From positions 1-52,432 of IMG/VR virus record IMGVR_UViG_3300025096_003559: a stretch of DNA of 52,432 nt; one strand, given 5' to 3'. Both the position numbers and the translations under genes were made by a program. Below are positions 8,462-18,941 of the stretch, piece by piece. How positions within the stretch are numbered: the first letter of the stretch is position 1; each line of letters begins with the position of its first letter. The DNA is from a virus (Duplodnaviria; Caudoviricetes). The notes under the pieces were generated by a model. The model was not told the origin of the DNA. It saw nothing but the letters and a program-made list of their open reading frames with translations, and searched no databases.

Positions 8462-11400
8462 CTATTTTAATCCGCCGCCAGATTGTCCATTGCCACCGGT
8501 GCCGCCGCCAGTGGTATAGTATCCGCCTTGACCGGCTCCTGGTCTGAAGGGCGAGTATGCCCCGCCATAGTTAGTAACATATTGTGGCTGTCCATTTGCA
8601 CCATTAGCGGTGGATGCGGGCATCACCGATGCGCCTGCTCCATGGGGTTCGGAGCCTCCTCCCTGCTGTGGGATGACAACTGGGAAAGTCCGAACTGTTG
8701 GCGTGGTCGTTTGGTATTGCGGCTGAGAGGGTATAACTAGCGGAAAGTCTCGAATTACCGCTGGTCGAGTCTCCTGTGTTGCCTGGGGTTGGGGTTGGGG
8801 GGATGGTATTTCCATTGTGATTGTTGGTGTGGCTGTTATTGTCTGAGGTTGTTGAGGTAACAGAAGTGGTGGAATGTTTGGATAACTTGGTGCTGCTGCT
8901 GCTGTTTGCGGCTGTTGTGGTATACGAATTGGTGGAAGATTAACTTGCGGTGTTGTGCCTGCGGCGGAAGGTCTGTCCGTGACCCAAGGCGATGTGTCTC
9001 CGAATGGTAACGAAACCACGGGACCATCTGAGCCTCTTTCCACACTCTCAAATACGACTTGTTCATTAATTTTGACTAATTCTACTAATGAGAAAAAATC
9101 ATACGGCCAATTATATGTTTGTTTATAAGGATCCGTTTTTGAAGATGCACCTTTGGCTGCGCCATCAGCAATTGCATCCGTGACGTTTAGCTGTGATGCC
9201 ATTGATGCCCACGCGGGAAGAGTCGTCCCTCCATTGCCCGCGACAACTTTTCTAAAATAATTTGTTTGTGCTTTTTGTTTAACCTTGAATACCATCCATT
9301 GTAGCTTTTCGTCAACTGTGGACAATAATTCGCCTGATTGCAAGGGGTGTGTTATTGTTTTTGTCTGAACTATGTCGTCAGTGTGCAAACTATCGGGCAA
9401 TACACCTCCTCCTTGTTGATCAAAAGACCTAGCAATGCGAGGTGGCAAGTTCTGCCATATATGCATTAAGTCGTCTCGGTTTAAAGTGTGCTCAAATTCA
9501 AAAATATACATTGAAATTGGGTCTACCTCATCTGAATAAGTTATGAAGTCCATACTTGGTGGAAAAACATATCTCTGCATTGCCTCAACCATGTCTACAA
9601 GGGATTGACCGGCTGCTGTTGCGGGAAAGGTAGACGTACCAGGATTCCAAATATATTCTATTTGAGCTTTATCAATGCTAAAAAATTGTTTTTGATTAGA
9701 GGTGTGGATTTTGGTGGTCCCCATTGGCCCAGGCATTGTCGTGGTAACCTCTTTTTCTACAAAGGGGACTGCGACGACTGCTTCACGAATTGTCTTTTTG
9801 CTGGCTGTGTTCCCAAGTCTTTGAGCTTTTATTCCTGAAAACCCAACTAAATCGGCTAAAGAGCCGGTAACTGTAGAAGTTCCCGCCATGGGCGCGGTTG
9901 TACGCTCTGGAAACATTTGAGACTGGTGTGCGGGCACATCTGTAATTTCTAGCCATATTCCCTCGCCGCCGACTGGTTGTCTTCCTAGTTGATGCCACAT
10001 CCCGATTGGGCGAGTATAATATCCACCGGATACTTGTGTGGTAGCAAAAGCCTCTGTTAGTTGAGATATCCCGTCTGCTGTTGAGCCATCTGATCCGCTA
10101 TTGTCAATAAAGTTTAACATTGGTGTTTCAAATTTGGTCTGAATTACCCACTGTTCTTCATTTGTATTGGGATCTACACCTGCATATTTTAGTATGTCGC
10201 TTAGACCCTTGGTTGAGCCAAATAAATTAACTGAGGCTGAGACTTGCATGGAGTTGTGATTACATTCCCATGCACCGCTCATTGGACCCGGCAACGGTAC
10301 AACCGTACTGTCTGAATTGGCTTCATACATATATCTTCCGCCAAGACCATGCATCCACAGTTGCGTTTGGTCGAGGTGCGTGGCTGCACCTTCAGCTAGT
10401 GGTCCAGCAAACCTAAGATAAGATGCTGTCAATCTTCCTAATAATGTCGTTAAGTCCGGTAGACCGGCTTCACTATGAAGACCAGGATTATATTCCAAAT
10501 CTACCCAAGCTTCACCGTCATAATAGGGAGGGGTAACATGTGGATAATAGCCAAATCTAGAATCTCCGTAAAATCCACGGTGATACATGGGAAATAAATT
10601 AGACGAATTGTTAAGACTAGCAGAGGGTCCGCCGCCTACTGGTGGTCCAAAAGCAGATGGGCGACTATACATCACCATTGTTTCAGAACCGGTTACAAGT
10701 TGTGGATATATATCCCCGCGAAGTGCAGCGGCGCGGTTGGCGGCAACGTTTACACCAGCGGTGCCCGATAGTTGCCAAGATGCCGAGAATGGCGTATTGG
10801 ACACATCCGATGATTTTTTAAGCTTAACTCTCATCTTATATGATGTATTTCGGAATTCATTTCCCATTGGAACGTTCCAGTCCCCCCTGGGCTTGGAGAT
10901 AAATGTGGTAAATGTTCCATTTTCTAAGAAAAATTCGGGAGTTTCTGCAAGGAAATTGTGCATTGCGAGTCGGTATCTATCATCGCCTCCTCCGAGCCAA
11001 AGGGCATGAGCATTCGCTGAGGCCAAGTCGCCTTGGGGAGTGCTTCCCGAAAAAGAACACGAAGGGTGAACTTCCATATCATAAATGAATTTGTTAGCAA
11101 GATGCCGTTCAGGCTCTACAAGCGTCTCAAATGGTAATCGTTCATCAAAGCCGTTCGCGGCATTGGGACCGGTGGGAGAGTAGCTAGAATTTCCCACAAT
11201 AACATAAGAGGGGTGTTTCCAAGCAGCGCTGGCTGGCATAGCACCATTTGCATTAGCTTCGATTATTGAAGCCGTGTGTGGTGGTCCCGCAGTAAATATT
11301 GGAAAGTCAACTGCGAGCCCAGATTTAATTGTATTAAACATCAATCCTGGGGCGAACATAGGAGTCAAAAAAGTCCTCCACCACGATGCTCTTGGAGGAA

Positions 11401-14400
11401 CACCCGTTGTATAGCCGTTTAACTCCACTCTGTCGCCATATGACTGTGAGAATAAGCTAGCTAATTGTGCAGTCCTGCTTGCAGGATAAAATCCATCATA
11501 AGGTAATAATTTTAACAAACCCTTGCAAGAAAGTGAGATATCTGTCGGAACACCATTTACTTTGGCGAGTGCGTCTGTTCTTACAACACCAAAATACTTC
11601 ATAAAATCTGTATGACTATAAACTTTGTAAAAATTGGGGTTTACGGGCGCACTCGAAGTAGCGCCTCCCAGTGCACCTGTTAGACTAAAAAGAGCACTGT
11701 CACTAAAGGGATCTACGCCATTAACAATATAATCTTCGATTCTCTCACTCATTCTAAATTCTGGTAATATAGAGTACTCTTTGCCGAGTCGCCTCATTTC
11801 ATCACAATAATCTTCGTAAGAATCATAAAACGGCTCTTTGCCGAATTGCCTTCCAGCATCCCATGGGGCATCGCCTGCGAAGGGCACGATGACGCCCGGT
11901 CGTACTCTTGTCTCTACAACGCCTCTTGGACCGAATGCGGAAGACCAGCCGAGAATACTAGAGCCGGTTACTAGAGTGTGCCTTCTGTTATATGTTGCAG
12001 ATGCCGTAATAGCATAGCGATGGGGGTTAGTGTGCGATGGTATTGCGGGACCGACGGCACCATAGGGAGAGTGTGCAGTTGTTAGGCTGTTTTGAAGTTC
12101 TCCTTCTCCACCTCCTGCGCGTGGGTATTGTCGCCCGAGCCCTGCACCTGGCCATGACCCTGAAGCCACATAAACCTTTGGATTTTGAGTTCCGACTTCA
12201 GGAGTCGCAGACCCCGTGGGGCTAAAATCTCTTCTTGCATCAAGCGGCCATATACTTGAAGTGGGTATAGCAATACCTTGGGAGTTCACGCTATGATTTC
12301 TACCTCCGTCAGAGTTTAGAAGATCGTCATAATCCAAACCAGTTACACCATAGACGGATCTATTTTTTCTTGCACTTCTCCAGAAATCTGACAAATATGT
12401 CACTCGCTGACGGATATGTGGGCGATAAACATTTATACGCTTAGGATATATTGTCTCATTATATTTCAAATTTATAAGTTGTGAAGTCATTTCGCCAGCG
12501 GCAAATGCATCTAGAAGAGTGTCGCCTGCTGTTTGTCCCGTGTATTCAAGAAATAATTGTTCATTTAATTTTGAATTAACAAACAATTCTTTTTGGTTTG
12601 AATAAGTGGCATTCCAATTTACTTTTCTCAAGAAAGGATACGCACTCGTACTACCAAAAGAGGTATCCATTGCCGTTGTGTCAATGTCCGCTTCGAAGGT
12701 CATTGGCATATTTAAGTTTAATACTGGCTCGTGATATGCCAGCGCCGAGGCTGTGACGGTGGCTTCATAAGTAGCAATACCAGAGCTTGGAGATTTAAAC
12801 CCATAAATGCCCGTCTTGGTGGTAATGCCCGCTGGTCCCCAATTATAGCCTAGATATCCGCGAGCCGCTCGCACTGCTGCATCTTCTGTAGCCGGATCTA
12901 TAATCGAAATCGTATTGTTTGCCCGCATTTGGCGAACTAAAGAATGTTCTGCGTTCCGTATTTGTTTCCACGAACACCAGCCATAAGCACCTCCGCGATT
13001 AAGCATAAGTGCATTAAAAGTAAGCCAACCTTCCGGTGATTCGACACGAGAATGTTCAACTGCAACTTTTTGATTGCCACCAAGAGTACGAATAGAACGA
13101 TTTCTATAAGATCTTGGATCTCCTATCCCGTAACTGTCAACGCCCAGGGCATCGTATCCTGATGCAGATAATATATTAAATGCAGATCCAGTTGGTTCAT
13201 AAATGAGAGTATTAAGTCCAACAAAGTCTACCTCAATTCCCTCATCTGGCTGGTAGGTGATCGTCCCTCGCGTTGGCCACACAGCGTTAGCTTGATCGGT
13301 GCTTGGGTTTGCCGATGCAGAATAGTCTGGTCTGCTTGATGAAAGAAAAACAATAGCTGGGATGAACCTATTGCCAGCAGTGGAAGCAGAAGAAAATCCA
13401 GATCGCGGTGCGTGACCAGCGGCATTAAAATTAGAAGCTCCCTGGCTCGAAGCCGTTAGGAAAGAAGCACTAATCCAATTATATTGGAAATCGTTTTGAG
13501 GAATGGGATGCTGCACCCACCAGTTATCATATAAAGAGCCGGTTCCGAATTCATTTAATGAATCATAAGTTGTAATTCCAGTGTTAGTTATAACTCTGCG
13601 AAGGGCGTTTTTGTTAACCTTGTGAAAGTTCGGAGACTCCACATAATCTCCATCCGATAGAACACCGTATGTGCCATCAATACCAAGTTGTCCTGCGTGA
13701 AGAGTTAAAAGGGTTCTAAGTCCTCGGGGTTTAGCTAAGTGATCCTTCACATGCATGGTTGCTGGTCTGACATCTCCAGAAGAGCCCTCTATATAAGCCT
13801 CTTCTTCGCCAGAACCAGAGCCTCTTACCATTAAGTTTCTCCAGGGCAGTGCATTATATACTGATTTCTCTGCTGCCATAATATCCAAGAACCCCAGTGA
13901 ATTAATCTCTGGTCCTCCTGGTGCGGAAAATCTTTCAACAAAAACTGTGTTCTGCTTTGTTCTATTTGGAAGTTCAAAAACCGTGATAGAACCGTCTGAA
14001 GCGCTTGTTGCAACGGCAGCTTTGGGATAATAAAGATTTGATAATCTGTGATAATTTTTATGTTGGACTCCCAAGGCTGCAAGATCTGCCGAACTACTTG
14101 GAGAAGCAATAAAGCCATTTCCGTGGCTTCGCATATTTTTGGATAGCCAATTCCCAGGAAGTCCTGCTCCTGCTGGGCGGATACCAACTAAAGTATGTAC
14201 ATTGGTTGTTTTGGGATTATTGTTAGTATATTTTTGTGGCAATAATTCTGTTTGCCCGTCATTAAACCAAGAGTTGTTTGCGCTTCTGCCAGAAGTTTGG
14301 ACTACCTGATATGCTTTTTCGTAGTTACCAATTGGTCCATGCTGTAAAACACCGGAGAGCACATTATTAACTGATGATGTGGTTTGGAGAATGTTTCTAA

Positions 14401-17400
14401 TATTAACTGGTCGCTTCGCAGTTTCTTCCCGGAAGAACCATGCTCTATACCTTGTAGGATCGGGGTATGGACCACCATAATCAGGTCCGGTTATTCCTAA
14501 TGCGCCGGTACCGAAGGGCTCTTGCCATGGAAATCGCGGACCACCGCCAAGAAGCAGTCTAAATGCCTCGGGTCTTGTGTATTGTCCGTCTAAATTATTA
14601 GTGGTAACGTTGCCATCGCCACCGACGTTAGATAAACCATATGGATCGGTAGAATTGAGCCTAATATGTCGCCCTTGATGACCACCAACATATTTCTCTG
14701 TAAACGGACCCTGCATTGGGACTTCATTGAACTCTCCATAGCCATCATTATGCAGGTTAACTAATTGAGAGCTTGATAAGAATCTAGCTTGTATTTCCTT
14801 GTTATATCCCCCAAGCCCACCTTCTGATGCGCTAACAAGGTTAAACGGCATCGCGATTTCGCCTTTAACGCCATCCGTATATCCGAATGGTATTGTGACA
14901 CGACCACTATGTGTGCGGAAGGAATATTTCTTTTTCTCATTTGGAATAAATACATCATCGCAAGATTCTAATTTATCAATATCCCCGCCGTGGGCATGTC
15001 CCGCTCCCTTTATGCTTAAAGTAACTAACACATTTTGTGGAATCCACGTACTGTCTATAGGTCCATGAGGAAAGTTAATGCCTCGATAAAAATGTGGTTT
15101 CTTGTTCTCAGAATAGTTGATCCCACCGTGAATAGCTTTGTTTTTTTCAACCGAATATTTATATGGAGTTGTATAAGTTCTCTCAAGCACTCTGTATGAA
15201 GCGCTTAAAATCATTCTCCGATCAAAGGTGGCATCTGCGTGCTGGGTTCCTGTAGCGTTTAAATTAAGGGGGTCTGTGTCTCTTTCGGCACGCTCCTTCC
15301 AATAAAAACAACTGGCTGATTGTCCACCAATTAGTGGTCGATGCCCTGTCCTCCAGTTATAAAGAAGGTGATTGATACCCATCGCACCAGTCTCAGGTGT
15401 GGGAACATTAAATTCTAGTGTGGGAAATTTGCTCCAATACTTACTGCGCTCTAAAATATGGCTTTCTACAATATTATCAATTCCATCGCTAACTTGGGCA
15501 GAAGCAGGTACAAGCTGCATTAGCATTGTCTCAAGTGTAGCGTCAATCCACTTGTAGTAATCAATAAACTTGTCTAGATCTGGCTCATTGCGAACACGTT
15601 CAAAGAAAAATTGACGTAAGTATTTAAGACTCTTATACTCTTGCCTGTATCGATTTACCGGTTCTCCTATTAAGTTATTAAATTCTACAATTGAAGCGAA
15701 ATAGTTAAGTATTTCATCGGAAATAACTTGGTACATGCTTTTTTCAAAAGCATAATATGTTTTTGTAGGACGTGTCTCTTTTGTGAAAACCTCTGTTTCT
15801 TCTTGAGACAGGACGCGAATATTATCGTCTCCGTGTACAACCTCTGGTAACTGGGTTCTCCCAGCATAAAGATATTGATTGTCTACTGAAGCCGTGGAGC
15901 TTGCTGGAAACGAAACGCCCCGACCTGTATGCTGATATTTAAGAATGTTGCCAAGCCAATTATATCGATTTGTCTCTGCTATAGAGCCAGAAGAAACATC
16001 TTGGACAGTGAATTCTCCCGATGCATCTGATCCAGTGACTGCATCAAAATCCCAATATAATGCTAAGGATTCAATCTGTGGTACTTGAACATTGGATAGA
16101 TCTGTCTCAAGCAAAAATGAATCTCTAGACGGTCTTAATTGCCCAAAGCTGCTTGGGTTAACAGCGTGATTTTGTATTGTGGTATTATCTAAATAATCGA
16201 ACCAGTATTTAAGAGTTGTAACCTTGGCATCGGAAGATTGCAGAGTTGAGCCGGTGAAATTGGTGCTATGTGCCCCGACATAGGCTCTCTTCGATGATGT
16301 CAAAAACCCCTCTGCTTGGACCTTAGAGACTGAGCTTGTAACTTCAAATTCATTTATCTTTCTATCGGCAATATAATTTACACCATAAAATTCAATCATA
16401 TAGCTTGCATCTAATGCTCCGCTGGCAAACGATTGTGGATATCCTTGGGGTTTGACTCTTACCGCAAAATTCCATTTAGTATCATTATAAACATCTTTAA
16501 AATAGCTACTTGTAATTCCGACATCATGTTCAACATGTCCAATCGTCATGCCATGGCGTCCTAATGATGATGTTAATTTAAAATATACATCATTAGACTC
16601 TCGCCTGTCTCGTATGGCGTATACTTGAAAGTTTGCGGCATCGGATTCGTGCCAAGTTACATCATTTTCAGTTCCGTCCATTGAGGAAGAAACGATGGCT
16701 GTATGCATACCAAATAGCGATGCGGTGGTGAAAGTAGCGTCTTGTGCCCATTTGTTTCCAGAATCCCAACTTAACTTTAGCGGGAAAACAACCTCTGCTT
16801 CTAATGTAACTGGGAAACTGTCTTCATATGTTTTGCTATCTGCTCCGCTGCCTGAAATGTACGAAACACTATTCGCATTTGAAGAATCCGCATATTGGTG
16901 TACGTTTGCTGTAAATCTATCAATATTATTAAAGTCTATGGCTTTGGTTTTGTACGATGTGAGTCTTCGTTTTGTATCAAATTTATATGTCTGGTTGTCT
17001 GCATAAGCATTGAGCCGAACTAAATCTTCGTCTATACCAAAACAGCTAATGAGATTTCTAAAAGCCTTTTCGGTGCCCTTCGCCTTATAAATGTTGGCTA
17101 AGTTGTTGTAAATATTATTATAGATAAAGCTCTTAACTGTTTGAATATCATCACCATATTCTTTATCTTCATTGCGGTTTCCGTAGTATTCAAGCAAATT
17201 TATATTTGAGAACAACTCAGGAGCCTCCAGTCCGTGAGATCTTACAGCCCTTGATGCATATGTATAGGGCTTAAATAATTCGCCCTGTGCACTGCTGCTG
17301 GGATAATATGCAATATTTAACTTGGAAAGTTCTCCGATTTGCATTTGTAGATTATCAAAATAAGAACCCATTATTTGGGTTAACTTCTTTAAGTCGCCCG

Positions 17401-18940
17401 TGTCTCCCCCATTACCTTCATCTTCCTCAATAATCCAAGCTGGCATCGTATAATATAGAGAAGAATTGTTTTCATAATCCCATACAGTGCCGCTAAGCTC
17501 TAGTTCAGTATCCAAATTGGAAATTTTTGGATGCTGGGGGCGTACAATTGGATCTAAGTCTTCGACTCCAGCGCTGGCAGATACTATTGCCGAACCTGTA
17601 TCGCGGGAAGTAGAAGAATATCCTGTCCAGGTTCCGTTTGTGATCCTGCCAGAATAGTCTAATACAGTATTATCAACAGAGGTATCTTCTGTTATACCCT
17701 CGTTAAACTTATAATAAACACCAAGTGTGGTGTTCGCAAAATCTGTATTTGTGCCACCACCTAAATTGCTTGTAAACCAGTATCGACCAATTTGTTCAGA
17801 ATCTCGCTTTACTTTCCAGAATCTAAATTCGTCAAGTGATCCAGAAAGCTTGCCCCATCCAAGGTTTGGCGTTGCGGCAGCATTGGCATTGATTCCAGGA
17901 GCAAACGTACCAGTTATCAGCGAACCGATATTGGCTTCTAATGGATTTATAATCTCGTTAATACTTGAACCGGTTGTTATAGTCTCGCTCAAATCGCCGT
18001 TTACATAGAGTTTCGTTGTTATGCTGCTTCCGCTGTTAATGAAACTAAACGCATAATGGTTCCAATCAGAAAAAGAATTTAAATCAAGATTGGTCCCTAT
18101 ATCCAAAGAGGATGTGCTAAGACCGATGGGAAAATAATTGGTCGAATCGCTACCGGATAATAGTGTTATTCTAAAGGGTGGTGCAGCGGTACCACCGGAT
18201 TTGCCAGCTTTTCCGTCTATTTCGATTCTAAGACGACCATATTCAGTGCCACGAACAGTTGGAGTACCGCTGGATGTTTGATTGTTCCAGAGATCGAAAA
18301 CAACTTGCTTTTCTGTAAGCGTAGTGGCTAATGAGCCCGTCTTGAGCCAGAACTCCACAGTAACGCCCGCATCTAAATCTAGTTTAAGATTTGATTCTCG
18401 GGTGCCTGATCCTGTAACATCGGAATCCCAAACATTTGCTTTTGAACCAAAAACGTCTGATAGAGATGCTGTTCCGATGTTCGCACCATAAGGAGAATTT
18501 GGTCCTCCTTGAAGATTTATATATTCATAATCAGAAACAGCGGGCGAACCATATCCGTTGGTGACGCTTCCTGTGTTGGCACCCCACCCTGCGACACTGC
18601 CGCTTGAAAAGATAGCGTATCCGGTTGATTTGGGGTAGCGATTATCAAAAATATAGAGATCTAAAAGTGTAGAACTGTTTCGCCATTCATATTTTTCTTT
18701 GAGGGAACCATCGTATGGATACTCGCCATAAATATATTTTATCGATTGGTCATAATATTCTTTTGCAGACCCATATTTTGCGAAGTTTGCAGGATCTCCA
18801 AAATCAATATGTGGATGAAGCCTTTTTTGATCTTCGGCATATGGAGCAATATATTGGGCAGACTCAATATCCCGGTTCATGTCATCTAAGGAAGAGGATG
18901 CTATAATTTGTGAGCTTCTAAAAAAGTCCTTAACAGCCAT
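8462..18940 (-). CDS. Giant baseplate wedge-like virion protein (gp7/P2 gpI-like motif) with LamG/concanavalin A-like domains
   Basis: 3492 aa; LamG signatures VTVEFWLK, WNHYAFSF, KLYVNG, GSLDEFRFW; a second LamG-like block (WNFAVRV...LKYW); IYKAKGTEKAFRNLISCFG wedge motif; lies downstream of the gp25 and gp6-like genes. Confidence 0.65.
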   Translation of the reverse strand: MAVKDFFRSSQIIASSSLDDMNRDIESAQYIAPYAEDQKRLHPHIDFGDPANFAKYGSAKEYYDQSIKYIYGEYPYDGSLKEKYEWRNSSTLLDLYIFDNRYPKSTGYAIFSSGSVAGWGANTGSVTNGYGSPAVSDYEYINLQGGPNSPYGANIGTASLSDVFGSKANVWDSDVTGSGTRESNLKLDLDAGVTVEFWLKTGSLATTLTEKQVVFDLWNNQTSSGTPTVRGTEYGRLRIEIDGKAGKSGGTAAPPFRITLLSGSDSTNYFPIGLSTSSLDIGTNLDLNSFSDWNHYAFSFINSGSSITTKLYVNGDLSETITTGSSINEIINPLEANIGSLITGTFAPGINANAAATPNLGWGKLSGSLDEFRFWKVKRDSEQIGRYWFTSNLGGGTNTDFANTTLGVYYKFNEGITEDTSVDNTVLDYSGRITNGTWTGYSSTSRDTGSAIVSASAGVEDLDPIVRPQHPKISNLDTELELSGTVWDYENNSSLYYTMPAWIIEEDEGNGGDTGDLKKLTQIMGSYFDNLQMQIGELSKLNIAYYPSSSAQGELFKPYTYASRAVRSHGLEAPELFSNINLLEYYGNRNEDKEYGDDIQTVKSFIYNNIYNNLANIYKAKGTEKAFRNLISCFGIDEDLVRLNAYADNQTYKFDTKRRLTSYKTKAIDFNNIDRFTANVHQYADSSNANSVSYISGSGADSKTYEDSFPVTLEAEVVFPLKLSWDSGNKWAQDATFTTASLFGMHTAIVSSSMDGTENDVTWHESDAANFQVYAIRDRRESNDVYFKLTSSLGRHGMTIGHVEHDVGITSSYFKDVYNDTKWNFAVRVKPQGYPQSFASGALDASYMIEFYGVNYIADRKINEFEVTSSVSKVQAEGFLTSSKRAYVGAHSTNFTGSTLQSSDAKVTTLKYWFDYLDNTTIQNHAVNPSSFGQLRPSRDSFLLETDLSNVQVPQIESLALYWDFDAVTGSDASGEFTVQDVSSGSIAETNRYNWLGNILKYQHTGRGVSFPASSTASVDNQYLYAGRTQLPEVVHGDDNIRVLSQEETEVFTKETRPTKTYYAFEKSMYQVISDEILNYFASIVEFNNLIGEPVNRYRQEYKSLKYLRQFFFERVRNEPDLDKFIDYYKWIDATLETMLMQLVPASAQVSDGIDNIVESHILERSKYWSKFPTLEFNVPTPETGAMGINHLLYNWRTGHRPLIGGQSASCFYWKERAERDTDPLNLNATGTQHADATFDRRMILSASYRVLERTYTTPYKYSVEKNKAIHGGINYSENKKPHFYRGINFPHGPIDSTWIPQNVLVTLSIKGAGHAHGGDIDKLESCDDVFIPNEKKKYSFRTHSGRVTIPFGYTDGVKGEIAMPFNLVSASEGGLGGYNKEIQARFLSSSQLVNLHNDGYGEFNEVPMQGPFTEKYVGGHQGRHIRLNSTDPYGLSNVGGDGNVTTNNLDGQYTRPEAFRLLLGGGPRFPWQEPFGTGALGITGPDYGGPYPDPTRYRAWFFREETAKRPVNIRNILQTTSSVNNVLSGVLQHGPIGNYEKAYQVVQTSGRSANNSWFNDGQTELLPQKYTNNNPKTTNVHTLVGIRPAGAGLPGNWLSKNMRSHGNGFIASPSSSADLAALGVQHKNYHRLSNLYYPKAAVATSASDGSITVFELPNRTKQNTVFVERFSAPGGPEINSLGFLDIMAAEKSVYNALPWRNLMVRGSGSGEEEAYIEGSSGDVRPATMHVKDHLAKPRGLRTLLTLHAGQLGIDGTYGVLSDGDYVESPNFHKVNKNALRRVITNTGITTYDSLNEFGTGSLYDNWWVQHPIPQNDFQYNWISASFLTASSQGASNFNAAGHAPRSGFSSASTAGNRFIPAIVFLSSSRPDYSASANPSTDQANAVWPTRGTITYQPDEGIEVDFVGLNTLIYEPTGSAFNILSASGYDALGVDSYGIGDPRSYRNRSIRTLGGNQKVAVEHSRVESPEGWLTFNALMLNRGGAYGWCSWKQIRNAEHSLVRQMRANNTISIIDPATEDAAVRAARGYLGYNWGPAGITTKTGIYGFKSPSSGIATYEATVTASALAYHEPVLNLNMPMTFEADIDTTAMDTSFGSTSAYPFLRKVNWNATYSNQKELFVNSKLNEQLFLEYTGQTAGDTLLDAFAAGEMTSQLINLKYNETIYPKRINVYRPHIRQRVTYLSDFWRSARKNRSVYGVTGLDYDDLLNSDGGRNHSVNSQGIAIPTSSIWPLDARRDFSPTGSATPEVGTQNPKVYVASGSWPGAGLGRQYPRAGGGEGELQNSLTTAHSPYGAVGPAIPSHTNPHRYAITASATYNRRHTLVTGSSILGWSSAFGPRGVVETRVRPGVIVPFAGDAPWDAGRQFGKEPFYDSYEDYCDEMRRLGKEYSILPEFRMSERIEDYIVNGVDPFSDSALFSLTGALGGATSSAPVNPNFYKVYSHTDFMKYFGVVRTDALAKVNGVPTDISLSCKGLLKLLPYDGFYPASRTAQLASLFSQSYGDRVELNGYTTGVPPRASWWRTFLTPMFAPGLMFNTIKSGLAVDFPIFTAGPPHTASIIEANANGAMPASAAWKHPSYVIVGNSSYSPTGPNAANGFDERLPFETLVEPERHLANKFIYDMEVHPSCSFSGSTPQGDLASANAHALWLGGGDDRYRLAMHNFLAETPEFFLENGTFTTFISKPRGDWNVPMGNEFRNTSYKMRVKLKKSSDVSNTPFSASWQLSGTAGVNVAANRAAALRGDIYPQLVTGSETMVMYSRPSAFGPPVGGGPSASLNNSSNLFPMYHRGFYGDSRFGYYPHVTPPYYDGEAWVDLEYNPGLHSEAGLPDLTTLLGRLTASYLRFAGPLAEGAATHLDQTQLWMHGLGGRYMYEANSDSTVVPLPGPMSGAWECNHNSMQVSASVNLFGSTKGLSDILKYAGVDPNTNEEQWVIQTKFETPMLNFIDNSGSDGSTADGISQLTEAFATTQVSGGYYTRPIGMWHQLGRQPVGGEGIWLEITDVPAHQSQMFPERTTAPMAGTSTVTGSLADLVGFSGIKAQRLGNTASKKTIREAVVAVPFVEKEVTTTMPGPMGTTKIHTSNQKQFFSIDKAQIEYIWNPGTSTFPATAAGQSLVDMVEAMQRYVFPPSMDFITYSDEVDPISMYIFEFEHTLNRDDLMHIWQNLPPRIARSFDQQGGGVLPDSLHTDDIVQTKTITHPLQSGELLSTVDEKLQWMVFKVKQKAQTNYFRKVVAGNGGTTLPAWASMASQLNVTDAIADGAAKGASSKTDPYKQTYNWPYDFFSLVELVKINEQVVFESVERGSDGPVVSLPFGDTSPWVTDRPSAAGTTPQVNLPPIRIPQQPQTAAAAPSYPNIPPLLLPQQPQTITATPTITMEIPSPQPQPQATQETRPAVIRDFPLVIPSQPQYQTTTPTVRTFPVVIPQQGGGSEPHGAGASVMPASTANGANGQPQYVTNYGGAYSPFRPGAGQGGYYTTGGGTGGNGQSGGGLK
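8660..8945 (-). repeat. Five degenerate Pro/Gln peptide repeats in the C-terminal tail of the giant protein
   Basis: NLPPIRIPQQPQT / NIPPLLLPQQPQT / TMEIPSPQPQPQ / RDFPLVIPSQPQYQT / RTFPVVIPQQ. Confidence 0.6.
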
Positions 18941-18941
18941 A

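Noticed and set aside
8785-8806. GGGGTTGGGGTTGGGGGGATGG as a G-quadruplex
   Set aside because: Only three long G-runs, and fully explained by Pro-Gln codons on the coding strand.
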